DNA of 64,000 nt from Candidatus Sumerlaeaceae bacterium (lineage in GTDB: Bacteria; Sumerlaeota; Sumerlaeia; Sumerlaeales; Sumerlaeaceae), in the NCBI GenBank assembly GCA_049968255.1, contig JBMFRB010000001.1:333395-397394 (forward strand), read 5' to 3'. The notes under the pieces are model-generated. The model saw nothing but the letters and a program-made list of their open reading frames with translations, was not told where the DNA came from and ran no database searches. Below, piece after piece: positions 49,315-59,335 of the stretch; position 1 is the first letter of the stretch, and the number at the start of each line of letters is the position of its first letter. The position numbers were made by a program, and so were the translations under genes.

Positions 49315-50705
49315 TGGGCAGAGCTAGTCACAGCTCCTTTCAAATAATCGTAAACGCGTTCAAGTTTCATAAGGCGCGACCCTTTGATGAGCAAGAGGTC
49401 CCCCGGCTTCAAAACAGCCGCAAGGTTTTGCGCAAGTTTTTCTGTGTCGTCAAAGTGCTCAGCACTGAGACCAGCTTTTGCCGCAGCCTGAGCAGTCACC
49501 TGGGATCGCGGGCCGTAGCAGAAAAGCTTTGTCAACCCGACGTGCGCTGCCACGACGCCCATTCGTTCATGATACATGTGCTCCCAAGATCCCAACTCAA
49601 GCATATCGCCAAGCACGGCGTAGCGGCGACCGGGGACACAAAAATCCTGGAGGCTCAGCAATGCGGATTCGACCGCTGCTGGACTGGCATTGTAGTAATC
49701 TTTGACGATAAAAATTCCGCCTAGCTCTTCCACTTGGCTGCGATTGTGGGCAGGCTGGAACTCCTCGAGTGCAGCGACAATGTTTTCCAGCGGCTCGTTG
49801 AAATACCGAGCGATCGCCGAGGCAGCAAGCGCATTCACCACGTTATGCTGGCCGAACATTCGCAGTCTCACCGAGAGCGATGCTTGATCCTGAATTACGA
49901 GTTTGAACGCGTAGCCAAAAGGAACTAGCGGCTCGATTTGCTTGGCACGCACGTCGGCTTCTGGTGCCAAACCAAATCGCATGACCTGACGTCCCGCGCC
50001 GAATTCGCGATAGGCGCGTTGGGAGTTTGGATCGTCGGCGTTCAAAATTAAACACGCCGTGGGCGAGGCGTAGCGCAGACTCTCAACCTTAGCCAGGTAA
50101 AGCTCCTCCGCTGATTTGAACATCCCGATATGAGCATTTCGGATGTTCGAAAGAACAACACAGTTGGGCTGAACGATTTCCGTGAGGCGGCGAAGCTCGC
50201 CAGGCGAGTTCATCCCGAGCTCGATAACGGCGGCCTTGTGTGAAGGTTCCAGGCGAAACAGTGTCAGCGGCACTCCGACGAGATTGTTGAGATTTCCTTC
50301 TGTGGCAAGCGTGGGCCTCGTCCGCGAAAGAAGTTTTGCCGCCATCTCTTTGATGGTTGTTTTGCCGCTTGAACCGACAAGTGCTGCGACTTCCACGTGC
50401 GAAACTTTTTGCCGCCAAAGTCGCGCTATTTCGCCAAGCGCATAGAGAGTATCCGGAACCACAAGTTGCGGAATGCTTCGCGGCGTTGGGACAACATGAT
50501 CCACAACTACAGCGCAGGCGCCGGCTTGCACAACTTCGGGGACAAACTGATGCGCGTCGAATGCCGTGCCACGCAAAGCAACAAAGAGCTCGCCCCCACG
50601 CAGGGTACGGGAATCGGTTGAGACATGGCGCACGACAACATTGCTAGCCTCGCCAACGATCTCTGCGTGAAGGGAACGGGCAATTTCTGTAAGCGAGAAT
50701 TCCAT
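49311..50705 (-). CDS. murF: UDP-MurNAc-tripeptide D-Ala-D-Ala ligase
   Basis: TDSR, GSSGKTTIKEM, GNLNNLVGVPLT, ELGMN, DYYNASP, GDMLELG, KGSR; start trimmed to MEFSL. Confidence 0.96.
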   Translation of the reverse strand: MEFSLTEIARSLHAEIVGEASNVVVRHVSTDSRTLRGGELFVALRGTAFDAHQFVPEVVQAGACAVVVDHVVPTPRSIPQLVVPDTLYALGEIARLWRQKVSHVEVAALVGSSGKTTIKEMAAKLLSRTRPTLATEGNLNNLVGVPLTLFRLEPSHKAAVIELGMNSPGELRRLTEIVQPNCVVLSNIRNAHIGMFKSAEELYLAKVESLRYASPTACLILNADDPNSQRAYREFGAGRQVMRFGLAPEADVRAKQIEPLVPFGYAFKLVIQDQASLSVRLRMFGQHNVVNALAASAIARYFNEPLENIVAALEEFQPAHNRSQVEELGGIFIVKDYYNASPAAVESALLSLQDFCVPGRRYAVLGDMLELGSWEHMYHERMGVVAAHVGLTKLFCYGPRSQVTAQAAAKAGLSAEHFDDTEKLAQNLAAVLKPGDLLLIKGSRLMKLERVYDYLKGAVTSSAQ

Positions 50706-50712
50706 CGAATAT

Positions 50713-52287
50713 TCATCCTTCTTTCTGGCGCGTGGCACTGGATGCGGACGATTTCGAGCGCTTACGACGCCCCAGAGAATCGAAGCGTTCGCGCAGCAGT
50801 TGCCGCGCTGTTTCCCGGTCATCATAGGGCAGTTTCACGCCGCCGATATCAATGTAAGGTTCGGCACCTTTGCCTGCAATAAGGACACAATCGCCTTTGC
50901 GTGCCACATCAAGAGCGTGACCAATCGCTTCGCGCCTATCGAGGATTACGCGCCACTGATCGGCTGGCAATGATGTGCGGCGAATCCCTTCGACTATCAT
51001 GGCAGCGATGGTCTCGGGGTCCTCGCGACGCGGATTGTCATTCGTGACGATGACGTAATCACTGACAGAAGCCACGGCTTCACCCATGAGGGGGCGTTTG
51101 CTTGGATCGCGCTCACCACCACAACCAAACACCGTAATGATTCGTCCGCTGGGCGTCATTTGGCGGGCATTGGCGAGCACTCGCTGCAACGCGTCTGGCG
51201 TGTGGGCGTAATCCACAATGACCGCAAATGGCTGGCCTACGTCTACTCGTTCAAAACGTCCCGGCACACCTTGGAGCTCGGTCACTCCGCGCTGAATCGC
51301 ATCGGAATCCACGCCTGCAGCATAAGCGGCACCTATTGCACCCAAAATGTTCTGAACATTGAAATATCCCAGAAGCGGCGAACGAATCTCAATTCTCCGG
51401 CCATCGGGCAAGGTCAGCGTGAAAGAAATTCCGCGGGAGGAAACTATGAGATTTTCGGGACGCAATTGCGCTCCTTCGTCTAAGCCAAAAGTCAAATAGG
51501 CGGCAGGGAATTCAGCAGCAAAACGCTTCCCCCACACATCATCATGGTTGAACACAGCCCAAGGTTTCGTGCCTTTCATGCGCGAGCGAAGAAGGAAATC
51601 AAAATAAAAAGTTTTTTTTGCCTCGGCGTAGGCTTCCATCGTGCCGTGGTAATCAAGGTGGTCTTGGGTGATGTTGGTGAGAATGCCAACGTCGAACTCG
51701 ATGCCAGCTATGCGTTTTTGGTGCGCGGCGTGGGAGGAGACTTCCATCGCTACCGCGCCCACTCCAGCTCGGCGCATGCGGGCAAATAGATTTGCCAGCA
51801 CTAATGCACTCGGCGTGGTGTTCGGTGCAGCTTCGCTCTGCCCTGCAAAACGATATTCGATGGTGCCGATCACCCCAGCCGACACGCCCGCCGCTCGACA
51901 AATACTTTCTAGAAGATAAGTCGTTGTGGTTTTCCCATTCGTGCCGGAGACACCAAACACAAGCATGTGAGCCGTTGGATTTCCATACCACGCATGGGCT
52001 AGGCGCCCAAGCACTTCCTTAGTGTCAGGCACCTGGAAGATATGGACTCCCCGATAGGGAGGAATCGGCTGTTCGGCGAGAATAACGCGCGCACCTTTTT
52101 CTACTGCGTCGGAAATGAAAGTGTGCCCATCGCGTTGGCTGCCTTTAATTGCCACAAAGACGGTGCCAGGCTCGACATTGTTCGAGTTATCAGTCAGCGA
52201 TGTCACGATGATGTCGGCTGGGACGTCCGCGATGTCGAGTCCGGCGCGGGCAAAAAGTTCATCCATCTTCCATTGTATTGTTTCCAC
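50713..52287 (-). CDS. murE: UDP-MurNAc-dipeptide meso-DAP ligase
   Basis: GTNGKTTT, MEVSSH, DHLDYH, DYAHTPDA, FGCGGERD, DNPR (DAP-type). Confidence 0.97.
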   Translation of the reverse strand: METIQWKMDELFARAGLDIADVPADIIVTSLTDNSNNVEPGTVFVAIKGSQRDGHTFISDAVEKGARVILAEQPIPPYRGVHIFQVPDTKEVLGRLAHAWYGNPTAHMLVFGVSGTNGKTTTTYLLESICRAAGVSAGVIGTIEYRFAGQSEAAPNTTPSALVLANLFARMRRAGVGAVAMEVSSHAAHQKRIAGIEFDVGILTNITQDHLDYHGTMEAYAEAKKTFYFDFLLRSRMKGTKPWAVFNHDDVWGKRFAAEFPAAYLTFGLDEGAQLRPENLIVSSRGISFTLTLPDGRRIEIRSPLLGYFNVQNILGAIGAAYAAGVDSDAIQRGVTELQGVPGRFERVDVGQPFAVIVDYAHTPDALQRVLANARQMTPSGRIITVFGCGGERDPSKRPLMGEAVASVSDYVIVTNDNPRREDPETIAAMIVEGIRRTSLPADQWRVILDRREAIGHALDVARKGDCVLIAGKGAEPYIDIGGVKLPYDDRETARQLLRERFDSLGRRKRSKSSASSATRQKEG

Positions 52288-52296
52288 GGCCTCTTT

Positions 52297-54825
52297 TTAC
52301 CTCTCGCTCTGCTCGGATGACTGGAGCTGCTCGTGGGCGCTGAGACGAATGTCGTAAGCACTGCGCAGCGGCACATCGTTGTTGCGTGTGGCCTCAGGGG
52401 TGCGACTTGGCGACGAACCTCCTGCAGCAGGAGCCGCATCCGGCATGATGTCAGGTTTTTCGATGACTTTTTTCCATACAGAGCGGCCAGCATCGGGTGC
52501 TGGCCCACGATAAATGCGCTGGTCGGGATCCTCTACGAGGTTCGGCTGCTCGGGCGTGGGTGCTGCGACGTGCTGCGGTGATGGCAACATCCTCGCCACG
52601 GAAGTTGACGAGCTGGTGGCGGGGTCTGTTCCCAACGGGATTTCGATCTCCCGTCGGTTCGAGACAAGCTTGAGCCTCGGCGTAGGGGCCGCGGGCACAA
52701 GGCCCGATGGCTCGGGTGTCGCTTGAGCCTGCGCGATGACTCCTTCGCCAACAAGCAAGCTCTCTTGGTACTGCTCGGGGGGCCCGAAAACGAGCTGCAC
52801 CGGCTGCGAGGGATCGAGCGACTCATAGGGGCGCGGCGTTTGGTCGACGACAACGCCACTGCCGTGCGCTTCAAAGCTGAGACCCAAGGCGGCGAGCCGC
52901 TCGTGTGCTTCGCGCATTGTCAGACCACGCAAATTCGGCATGCAGCCTGGCGCAACGTCCTCATCCTCGGGCGGCCGCTCGACGATGGCAGGCACAGCAC
53001 GCTGGTCGCGCATTTCTTCCAACGCAACGTCCACACTCTTCGGCGGTGGCTGATCCTGCATCTTGCTTGGAGGGATGCGAAGAATCTTGAGAGCCTCTTG
53101 GGCAATTTCCTTGAAGACTGGCGCCGCCACCTGTCCGCCGTAATAGACGCCTCCGCGCGGATTATCTATCCAGATGTAGATACAAATTTCGGGATCTTCA
53201 AGCGGGGCCACCCCACAAAACGACCCGATGTAGTTGCCGCGGGAGTAGCGCTTTGTTTCTGGATCAAGCTTGATGGTCGTGCCGGTCTTGCCACCAACGC
53301 GGTAGTTGGGGACGGCTGCAGCCTTGCCAGTGCCCTCGCGAACCACAGCTTCCATCAGTTCAAGCATCCGCTTTGTGGTGGTGGGAGTGCACACGCGACG
53401 AACCTTCTCCGGCTCAACCTGTTGGACAAGCTCGCCCCGATAGTTGCGTAGCTCTTTCACCACATGTGGCTTCATATAGATGCCATTGTTGGCAATTGCC
53501 GCGGCCGCAGCCACAACCTGGATAGCCGTGACCTGGAGCTCATAGCCGTAAGCCAGAGAGGCAACGCTCTGGGCGGTCCAATCCTTCACATGGCGCAGCC
53601 GTCCAGGAGCCTCTCCAGGCAGATCAATACCGGTTTTTTCCCCAAACCCAAAATCTACGAGATGCTTGTAAAAGCGCGCGGGCTGAAGACGCATGGTGGC
53701 CAGTTTCGCGGCAGCGACGTTACTGGATTGCGCAAAGGCAGTCACGATGGGGACCGCCCCCATCGCATGCGAATCAACAACCGTGCGACCGGCCACCGTC
53801 CAGCGACCGCCTGAGCAGTCGACGATCTCCTGAAATGAGCGAATTTTGTCTTCCTCGATAAGCGAGGTGTACGTGAAAATCTTCATCACCGAGCCGGGCT
53901 CGATGGCATCGCTGATCGCACGATTGCGCATAGCCAGCGGAGAGGCATGCTGGACGTCGCTGAGGCTGAAGCTTGGCACAGAAGCCATTGCAAGAATTTC
54001 GCCAGTCTTGACTGCATAGACCACTGCGACGCCCGCGTCGGCCGTGCAGGCAAGGACCTGTTTTCGCAAGGCTTTCTCTGTGACATCCTGGATGTCACGA
54101 TCTATCGTTAATACCACACTGTTGCCGTACGTGGAGGCCAACACGGCGGGATCCAAGGGTTCCAGCGGCATACCGGTCGCGGTTCTCAGCGCGCGGTCAA
54201 CACCGAACTTCCCGCGTAGCTGCTCGTTATATGATCCCTCCGCTCCGGCCACGCCTGTGTTGTCGCCAGTGTCATCGAGCATCGTGTAGCCAATGATGTG
54301 CGCGGCAAGCTCGCCGAACGGGTAACTACGTTTGTTTTCTTCCTGGATGTAGAAGGCGTTACGTGCCACGGCTGGCGGTTTCTTTTTGTCGCCCTTGTAC
54401 TTCTCACGGTACATCTGGGCTAGCACCATGACCCGGTCCATTTGCTCACGCGTCGCGCGCCGCACAATGATTTGGTCACCGCGTGTGTGGGTAAGGCGAC
54501 GATAGATCGTGTCGAAATCCATCCCGAGTTCACGTGCAAGATCGGCGGCCAGATCGCGCTTCACTTCGTCGGCGATAAGCGAAGGCGAGACGTAGATGGA
54601 AGGAACCATCTCCGTGACGGCAAGCTCGCGCGAGGACCGATCGTAGATCTTTCCGCGCGACGGGATTTTCTTGATCGTATACTCGTGGCGAGCGCGAGCG
54701 TGACGCCAGTAATGCTCGGCTTTGACAAACTGAAGTTCATGAAGCCGGCGGACAATCATGAGGGCAGCCAGCACCATGACCACTTGGAGAGACGTGAGTA
54801 TCCATTGTGGTCTGTTCTCGTTCAC
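52297..54825 (-). CDS. ftsI: Class B penicillin-binding protein FtsI with PASTA domain and long Pro-rich tail
   Basis: RGKIYDR, SVMK (SxxK), SSN (SxN), KTGT, PASTA-like MPNLRGLTMREA; dcw context. Confidence 0.93.
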   Translation of the reverse strand: MNENRPQWILTSLQVVMVLAALMIVRRLHELQFVKAEHYWRHARARHEYTIKKIPSRGKIYDRSSRELAVTEMVPSIYVSPSLIADEVKRDLAADLARELGMDFDTIYRRLTHTRGDQIIVRRATREQMDRVMVLAQMYREKYKGDKKKPPAVARNAFYIQEENKRSYPFGELAAHIIGYTMLDDTGDNTGVAGAEGSYNEQLRGKFGVDRALRTATGMPLEPLDPAVLASTYGNSVVLTIDRDIQDVTEKALRKQVLACTADAGVAVVYAVKTGEILAMASVPSFSLSDVQHASPLAMRNRAISDAIEPGSVMKIFTYTSLIEEDKIRSFQEIVDCSGGRWTVAGRTVVDSHAMGAVPIVTAFAQSSNVAAAKLATMRLQPARFYKHLVDFGFGEKTGIDLPGEAPGRLRHVKDWTAQSVASLAYGYELQVTAIQVVAAAAAIANNGIYMKPHVVKELRNYRGELVQQVEPEKVRRVCTPTTTKRMLELMEAVVREGTGKAAAVPNYRVGGKTGTTIKLDPETKRYSRGNYIGSFCGVAPLEDPEICIYIWIDNPRGGVYYGGQVAAPVFKEIAQEALKILRIPPSKMQDQPPPKSVDVALEEMRDQRAVPAIVERPPEDEDVAPGCMPNLRGLTMREAHERLAALGLSFEAHGSGVVVDQTPRPYESLDPSQPVQLVFGPPEQYQESLLVGEGVIAQAQATPEPSGLVPAAPTPRLKLVSNRREIEIPLGTDPATSSSTSVARMLPSPQHVAAPTPEQPNLVEDPDQRIYRGPAPDAGRSVWKKVIEKPDIMPDAAPAAGGSSPSRTPEATRNNDVPLRSAYDIRLSAHEQLQSSEQSER

Positions 54826-54875
54826 GACGTCCGCACCCTAGCCTGATATTCTTTACACGTTGTTTGACAGTGCAA

Positions 54876-54904
54876 GCCTCCGTGCCACATGTGGTCACGG
54901 AGGC
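54876..54904. promoter_or_regulatory. Hairpin/palindrome upstream of ftsI
   Basis: GCCTCCGTG / CACGGAGGC arms enclosing the perfect palindrome CCACATGTGG. Confidence 0.45.
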
Positions 54905-54964
54905 CTGTCGTTTTCTATTGACTATACGCCAGTGGCTCAATCTATTGCTGGCACAAAGATGAAA

Positions 54965-55218
54965 AGCCAGATCGGCGGACGCATTCGCCGGCACTGGGCG
55001 GGAAACCCGTGCGCGAATTCATCGTCGCAGGAACAGGGACTTGAAGGGCGAAAGCGCATTTTCGCCCTTCAATTGTTCTCAACTGTCGCTTGTCAGCCTC
55101 TTCCACTTCGGCGGCAACCGGAACTGTCGCAGGAGCTTCTCCGGGAACGGATTTCCAACGGTCAACTTTTGTCAGCAGGTGCATCCACGGGAACTGTCGC
55201 ACTGCCGCCGATCTGGCT
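54965..55218. ncRNA. Candidate structured ncRNA (or MITE) of unknown class
   Basis: Perfect 14-bp terminal inverted repeat, two internal hairpins and repeated 12-mers in a 458-bp gap between ftsL and ftsI. Confidence 0.4.
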
Positions 55219-55283
55219 AAACTTTTGTTTCGTCTCGTGCTCCACAACCTCCATGGCTTTTTTTATGCAAGCCGCGCCACACG

Positions 55284-55826
55284 TCACGGTTTTTCAGGAG
55301 TGATTGCGGCTTGAACTTTGGTCACTACAGCAAGTTGCTCAAGCATCTCTTGCCACAACATTAGGCTGTTTCCCGCCGAGTTGCTACCCGCAGAGGCCAG
55401 ATGGTTATTCATGGCCACGCCGCGATACTTATCGCGAAGGGCCTCAGGAACCATGACGGTCTCCCGTCGAAGGGGGTTAACCTCGACCAATCCTAGCTCG
55501 CGGCGAGCGCGATCGCGCAACACGGGTTGCTCTGTGATCAATCGCTTCTGCACCTCGAGATGCTCCTTCTCGCGCAACAATGTCTCTGCTCGGCGCTGCA
55601 AAGCTAGCCGCTCGAGCTCGTACTCACGGGCGTAAAAGGAAATCCCCACATTAGCAGCAGCCAATATGACGCCGCACAAAAACAACCCGAGCACAGTGAG
55701 AAAATAGCCCACTGTGATCCGCCGATCTACGCGTCGCACTGTATTGGCGATATACTTTGCCACTTTCGTTTTCCGCCTTTCACTAACCGCAACTTTTTCT
55801 GGGCGAGAGCTTGCCGCTTCCCGCAC
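55284..55826 (-). CDS. ftsL: Cell division protein FtsL-like
   Basis: Basic N-terminus, single TM, coiled coil, ARRELGL motif; position after rsmH. Confidence 0.7.
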   Translation of the reverse strand: MREAASSRPEKVAVSERRKTKVAKYIANTVRRVDRRITVGYFLTVLGLFLCGVILAAANVGISFYAREYELERLALQRRAETLLREKEHLEVQKRLITEQPVLRDRARRELGLVEVNPLRRETVMVPEALRDKYRGVAMNNHLASAGSNSAGNSLMLWQEMLEQLAVVTKVQAAITPEKP

Positions 55827-55843
55827 TCAAACTTTCTTCGGCT

Positions 55844-56809
55844 CTAGGCGAGACGCTCGATCACCCTGAGCTTTGCGCTACGGCTGCGCGGATTGGCCAG
55901 CATTTCGGCCTCGCTCGCGGTGACAGGCTTTCGGGTGAGCAAGCGCCAGCTGGGCTTGCGCTCGCACCGACACATCGGCCATTCCGGCGGACATGTACAC
56001 ACGCGGCTGAGGTCGCGGAACACCTGTTTCACACGCCGATCTTCGAGCGAGTGAAAGCTGATAATCGCAGCACGACCGGCCGGGCGCACAATCTGCGGCA
56101 ACTTCGCGAGGAAGCGATCGAGCTCCTGGAGCTCAGCGTTCACGACAATCCGAAGCGCCTGAAAAACTCGCGTCGCTGGATCAATTGTCGGCGGCCAATG
56201 TTTGCGCGGAATGGCCGAAGCCACCACTTCGCGTAACTGCGTCGTGGTGCTGATGGGACACAATCGCCGGCGCGCCACAATCGCCCGCGCGATTTTCCGT
56301 GCCCATCGCTCTTCGCCATAGTCGCGAAACATTTGCGTGAGCTCTTCCTCCGACGCTTGATTTACGATATCAGCTGCGGTGGGCACACTGCTGTCGGTCG
56401 GGTCCATGCGCATATCCAAGGGCCCTTCGCGTTTGAGGCTGAAGCCGCGCTCGACGATGTCGAGATGCATGCTCGACACTCCCAGATCGGCGAGCATTCG
56501 ATCCGCACCCGAGATGCGGCGGTGGGCCAGCGCCTCATCCACCGTAGAGAACCGCCGCACCTCGATGTCGAAGTGACGTCCGCGGGTGAAACCAGCTCTT
56601 ACCAGCGCCCGCTCCGCAAGCTCCGCAGCCTGCGGGTCACGATCAATGCCCAGCAGAAACCCACCAGGGCAAACTTGTCGCAATAGCGCCACAGCATGGC
56701 CACCGCCACCTATCGTCGCGTCCACCACCACCATGCCGGGCTTTGCTTCCAACAGCCTTACAACCTCCTCGAGTAGGACTGGTTTATGAATGCCTTGCTC
56801 GTCGCTCAC
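55844..56809 (-). CDS. rsmH: 16S rRNA m4C1402 methyltransferase
   Basis: HKPVLLEE, DATIGGGGH, DLGVSS, PLDMRM, FQALRI, ISFHSLEDR, NPRSRSAKLR. Confidence 0.98.
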   Translation of the reverse strand: MSDEQGIHKPVLLEEVVRLLEAKPGMVVVDATIGGGGHAVALLRQVCPGGFLLGIDRDPQAAELAERALVRAGFTRGRHFDIEVRRFSTVDEALAHRRISGADRMLADLGVSSMHLDIVERGFSLKREGPLDMRMDPTDSSVPTAADIVNQASEEELTQMFRDYGEERWARKIARAIVARRRLCPISTTTQLREVVASAIPRKHWPPTIDPATRVFQALRIVVNAELQELDRFLAKLPQIVRPAGRAAIISFHSLEDRRVKQVFRDLSRVCTCPPEWPMCRCERKPSWRLLTRKPVTASEAEMLANPRSRSAKLRVIERLA

Positions 56810-57312
56810 TCCTTGGGCATCTGACTCCGACTGAACTCACTCATCAAATCGTTGAGCCTCTTGCTGCTCTCCACGTTGAACTTTTCCCACGCGTGGCGGC
56901 GCCAAATGGCCAACTCGTCGCCACATCCGACCACCATGGCATCGCGCTCGAGTTCGATTAGCTCGCAAAGTCCCGCCGGAATCCGAACGCGGTTTTGCGA
57001 ATCGAGCTCGCAATCAGCCATGTTGCCGTAAAGCAACATCTTCAGCCTTGCTGCTTCGGGCGAAAATTTCGACGCCTGCTCGAGCTGACGGCTCATTTCG
57101 CTCCACACGGCGTACGGGACAACGCGGATGTAGCCGTCGCCAGGCATGAGCATGAGAGGATAAGCTTCGTGACCGAAGCGAGCTTCGAGTACTTCGCGGA
57201 ATTTGGCAGGAATGGGCAGACGATTTGCAGCGTCGAGCCGCACGGCATAGTTACCGAAGAAGCCGACCAGCCGCTGCGAAAGCGATGCACTATTTTTCGT
57301 CTCGTCTCCCAC
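56806..57312 (-). CDS. mraZ: Transcriptional regulator MraZ
   Basis: Two DxxxR repeats (LDAANRLPIPAKFR, LDSQNRVRIP), VVG..D...IW; first gene of the dcw cluster. Confidence 0.9.
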   Translation of the reverse strand: MGDETKNSASLSQRLVGFFGNYAVRLDAANRLPIPAKFREVLEARFGHEAYPLMLMPGDGYIRVVPYAVWSEMSRQLEQASKFSPEAARLKMLLYGNMADCELDSQNRVRIPAGLCELIELERDAMVVGCGDELAIWRRHAWEKFNVESSKRLNDLMSEFSRSQMPKE

Positions 57313-57362
57313 GATTTACCAAATTTCCACAAAATCTGCCGTGATTTACCAATATAATCCAA
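57303..57362 (-). promoter_or_regulatory. Putative MraZ-binding direct-repeat array
   Basis: Minus strand TTGGATTATA TTGGTAAATC ACGGCAGATT TTGTGGAAAT TTGGTAAATC GTGGGAGACG: (T)GG every ~10 bp, ending at the mraZ start. Confidence 0.7.
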
Positions 57363-57499
57363 AGCCGTGCAAGGGAAAAAGAGTCTCAGGCAGCACTTTT
57401 TACGAGGAAGGATAAGTCGAATTTTGACAATATATTAGAGCGCTCTTTTGGTGGGCAATCGATCAGAGAGAGAAAAAATTGAGGGAAATGACGCGGTAG

Positions 57500-58654
<1,155 letters not shown>

Positions 58655-58725
58655 TTACCAAGGGTGGAGTAGATGCTTTTTGCACAGAGAGCAAAACAGT
58701 TTGGTGCCCCAAGGAAGTAGCAAAA

Positions 58726-59286
58726 ATGATGACCTCGTCGCTGTTAGGACATGCCGCAGTGGATCGAAAACTCCTGTGGCCTACAATCTTTGCAATCTTT
58801 CTCACATGTTCTTTCGCACAGGCCGAGTATCGCATGATGGAGGTCACCGCCTACTGCCCGTGTGGCAAATGCAATGGCTACACGCGTGGGAGCTGGAAAT
58901 TTTTGAAGTTGGATTTCTGGAATCGCTATGTGAGCGAAGGTCCGAACCGTGGGTCGCGCTACACAGGACTCACTGCCGCTGGCGACAAGTTGCGAACTCC
59001 GCGGTCCGGGCTTTTCTCGCGCGATAGTCTGCAGCATCCTTGGAAAATTCCTGTGCGGCTCGTAGCGTTTCCATTCATCGGCCTGCCGCGCGCTGGGACG
59101 ATCGCTGCGGACACAGATTATTATCCGTTTGGCACGCGAATGTACATTCCCGGTTGGGGCTGGGGCGTGGTGACAGATCGCGGCGGTGCCATCAAAGGTC
59201 CGGATCGGCTGGATATTCTTTTCCCAACCCACCGTAAGGCTAACCAGTGGGGACGCCGCCGTGTCGAAGTATGGATCGATCGCTGA
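58726..59286 (+). CDS. 3D-domain (MltA-like) exported protein
   Basis: MEVTAYC, TIAADTDYYPFGT, GWGVVTDRGGAIKG, RLDILF; start trimmed. Confidence 0.85.
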   Translation: MMTSSLLGHAAVDRKLLWPTIFAIFLTCSFAQAEYRMMEVTAYCPCGKCNGYTRGSWKFLKLDFWNRYVSEGPNRGSRYTGLTAAGDKLRTPRSGLFSRDSLQHPWKIPVRLVAFPFIGLPRAGTIAADTDYYPFGTRMYIPGWGWGVVTDRGGAIKGPDRLDILFPTHRKANQWGRRRVEVWIDR

Positions 59287-59335
59287 GAAATCCAATGTCT
59301 TGTTCTGCTGCTTGGCGCTAATCGCGCAGCACACT

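Noticed and set aside
50706-50825. Apparent long murE/murF overlap
   Set aside because: Artefact of longest-ORF start choice; the ATG at 50705 has an AGAAGGA RBS and removes the overlap
54965-55218. Retron msr-msd, group II intron, RNase P, SRP, cobalamin or c-di-AMP riboswitch, or CRISPR identity for the element
   Set aside because: No reverse transcriptase or cas gene in the window; no complete domain V, GAGGAAAGTCC or SRP helix-8 motif; riboswitch-like words are in the wrong order; repeats are too short and irregular for CRISPR. Judged by eye only
54860-55303. ORFs of 147, 101 and 74 aa in the ftsL-ftsI gap
   Set aside because: No recognisable motifs; the repeated ATVPV..ADK peptide falls in different frames, which favours nucleotide-level repeats. 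A 30-aa minus-strand peptide (MEVVEH...ADKS) is not excluded
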